A stretch of DNA of 50,116 bases from Vampirovibrionales bacterium. Lineage in GTDB: Bacteria; Cyanobacteriota; Vampirovibrionia; Vampirovibrionales; JAJTHC01. The stretch covers positions 1 through 50,116 of the forward strand of contig JBIKUS010000002.1 in NCBI GenBank assembly GCA_044347425.1, read 5' to 3'. Below the pieces are notes generated by a model, which worked only from the letters and a program-made list of their open reading frames with translations, did not search any database and had not been told where the DNA came from. This document shows positions 48,589 to 50,116 of the stretch, one piece after another (the stretch's first letter is position 1; every line of letters begins with the position of its first letter). The translations under genes were made by a program, and so were the position numbers.

Positions 48589-48622
48589 TTCCCTCACCCT
48601 GCCCTCTCCCAAAGGGAGAGGG
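48589..48622. repeat. GC-rich palindromic element (copy F), intergenic
   Basis: TTCCCTCACCC-TG-CCCTCTCCC-AAA-GGGAGAGGG. It is preceded by an unrelated hairpin GGACGATTCGTGAATCGTCC (48557..48576). Confidence 0.85.
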
Positions 48623-48628
48623 TATGAG

Positions 48629-49117
48629 CTAACAGGCTGAAGCGGGGGAAGGCAAGGCGTTAAGGGTATCGCCTAACAGGTCAACATCCAGCTCCCTCGT
48701 CATATCTAAGTGCGGCTCGCCCTGTGGCGTGTAGAGGATAAAACTAGGCGTAAAGCGAATGCCCCTTGCTTGGGCTTGTGGCCAGTTGGCCTGCTCTGCC
48801 ACGTTGACCCATGTAATGGCCAGCTTGTCGGCGTGGGTGGCCTCCCACTGGGTAAGCAGGGGCTTAATGCGTTGGCAGGCTCCGCAATTGGGGTTGGTGT
48901 AGTACACCAGTTGCCACTTGCACCCCACCACGCCCTTGCCGCTGCTGGCCACGGGGGCAAAGGCCGCTGGTACCGCCATGGGCTTAACCGCAACTGCTGC
49001 TGGTAGTGCAGCCTTGGCTACGGGGGGCGACACCGCCCCTTGCCGCAAACCTAATAACGACGCTCCCACGACAACAACGGCCAACAAACCAAAGAGTAAC
49101 GGAGCAGAGGGACGCAT
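48629..49117 (-). CDS. thioredoxin-fold protein (membrane-anchored/secreted, CxxC)
   Basis: N-terminal hydrophobic segment. YYTNPNCGACQRIKP has the CGAC redox motif in a thioredoxin-like context. Confidence 0.55.
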   Translation of the reverse strand: MRPSAPLLFGLLAVVVVGASLLGLRQGAVSPPVAKAALPAAVAVKPMAVPAAFAPVASSGKGVVGCKWQLVYYTNPNCGACQRIKPLLTQWEATHADKLAITWVNVAEQANWPQAQARGIRFTPSFILYTPQGEPHLDMTRELDVDLLGDTLNALPSPASAC

Positions 49118-49179
49118 AGGGCAGAGTCTTTCGTGGGTTGGGGTGAGGGGAAACTTAGCATCGCATCAAAGTCTTATAC

Positions 49180-49491
49180 TTAGGCATTGAATTCTATACC
49201 ACCTTTCCCCTTTACAAAATACTTAATTTGTTCCTCCTCTTCCTTTGTATAGGGGTCAGAATCAGGAATTTTCGATAGGTTTAGAGCAGGCTGGAGAGTT
49301 TTTAAATCTATATCATACCAAGCCTGATGCTTTCCGCCAAGAAGTCCTTCGATATCTTTTTTCAATGAAGGGGCGCATACTCTATTTAAGCCTTCTAACT
49401 CCTTTAAGGGTTCAGCATATACACCAGGGCGTGCTACAAAACGGCCAAACGCTAAAGGGGTGTTATGCGTTGGGGGGGGGGAGGAAATCAT
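49180..49491 (-). CDS. hypothetical small protein (AT-rich orphan) with a 5' poly-C tract
   Basis: 103-aa ORF, clearly AT-richer than its flanks. Codons 4-7 are made from a C10 run. Confidence 0.45.
   Translation of the reverse strand: MISSPPPTHNTPLAFGRFVARPGVYAEPLKELEGLNRVCAPSLKKDIEGLLGGKHQAWYDIDLKTLQPALNLSKIPDSDPYTKEEEEQIKYFVKGKGGIEFNA
49472..49481. repeat. G10 (plus strand) / C10 (coding strand) homopolymer
   Basis: Counted directly: t-gggggggggg-a. It lies 8 nt downstream of ATG 49491 on the minus strand. Confidence 0.95.
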
Positions 49492-49598
49492 GATTGTTTA
49501 ACCTTTACGTAGAGAGTGTAAAAGAGGTCGTTTACTTACCACAACAGAATCAACGGCCAAGCAAACTTATTGTTGCCCTTTGGAGCCGACGCAGAGGG

Positions 49599-50116
49599 CT
49601 AGGCTTTTAGGGCGATGTGGGCGGGGTCAATACCAAAGGTGGATTGCAACCAACCCGTTGCCCACGCCGTTAGCTTGGCACGTAAGTCTTCGGCTTCGGC
49701 GGGAGTGTCGGCCTGCACCTCAAAGTAGAGGCGTACCAGTGGCTCGGTACCGCTGGTGCGTACCAGTAGCCAGCCCTGTTGGTTGGCAAACCATAGCTTA
49801 ACGCCGTCTTGCGTACCAAAGCGGGCTTTTAACGCCTCGGCCGCCAGGTGAGAGGTTTTGGTGTCAAAGGTCAGCTCGCCATCTAGCAGTTGGCCACCTT
49901 CGGCGTACCACACTTTGGCTTGGTCGAGTATGGCCTGCTTGGCCTCGGTGACGATGGTGAGCTCTCTAAACGAGAAAGCACGGTTCACCTTGGCTAACAC
50001 GTCTGGCACTAACTGGCTAAGGGGTTTGCCTTCTCGGGCGAGTAAGTTAAGCAACAACAAGTTAGCCAGCAAGCCGTCCTTTTCGGGGATGTGTTGGCTG
50101 ATGCTCAACCCGCCAC
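49599..50116 (-). CDS. phosphoglucomutase/phosphomannomutase family protein, C-terminal part (5' end outside window)
   Basis: The frame stays open to the window edge (..GGLSISQHIPEKDGLLANLLLL..), with RTSGTEPLVRLYFE near the C-terminus, typical of alpha-D-phosphohexomutases. Confidence 0.75.
   Translation of the reverse strand, partial: GGLSISQHIPEKDGLLANLLLLNLLAREGKPLSQLVPDVLAKVNRAFSFRELTIVTEAKQAILDQAKVWYAEGGQLLDGELTFDTKTSHLAAEALKARFGTQDGVKLWFANQQGWLLVRTSGTEPLVRLYFEVQADTPAEAEDLRAKLTAWATGWLQSTFGIDPAHIALKA

Overview
This is a bacterial chromosomal segment, about mid-50s % GC by eye, with several visibly AT-richer patches. I count about 50 protein-coding genes and one tRNA-Ser(GCU). I see no rRNA, CRISPR array, transposase, integrase or prophage genes. 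Most of the content is housekeeping: purL, mtnP, trmFO, glyA, aspA, eno, tal, queF/queE, cfa, msrA, kpsF, prmC, xthA, prmA, rimP and a LeuA-family synthase. Alongside these are a small fliJ/fliK-like/flgE-G-like flagellar trio, one prepilin-type gene, and roughly a dozen lineage-specific hypothetical proteins. I cannot place the taxon from sequence alone. I do not see a recognisable multi-gene novel system such as a defence, secretion or biosynthetic cluster. The unusual signals are small-scale: (1) two slipped-strand tracts at the 5' ends of genes, a heptanucleotide (ACGTGAG)x8.7 inside the prepilin leader and a C10 run in codons 4-7 of a small AT-rich ORF; (2) a GC-rich palindromic repeat family (CCCTCTCCC-N3-GGGAGAGGG plus GGGTGAGGG arms) at 7 loci between 37.9 and 48.6 kb, several translated in frame inside prmC, a ygfZ-like gene and possibly prmA; (3) a 147-177 bp MITE-like element in two inverted copies 18.4 kb apart; (4) a protein made of four tandem GntR-type winged-helix domains; (5) an identical C-terminal ...PA(x)ACAV extension on enolase and transaldolase; (6) a candidate preQ1-I riboswitch upstream of queF; (7) orphan promoter/terminator signals suggesting short leaders or sRNAs; and (8) seven of nine convergent gene junctions with an overlap or a gap of 3 bp or less. 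All functional calls rest on motif recognition from memory. No database search was possible.
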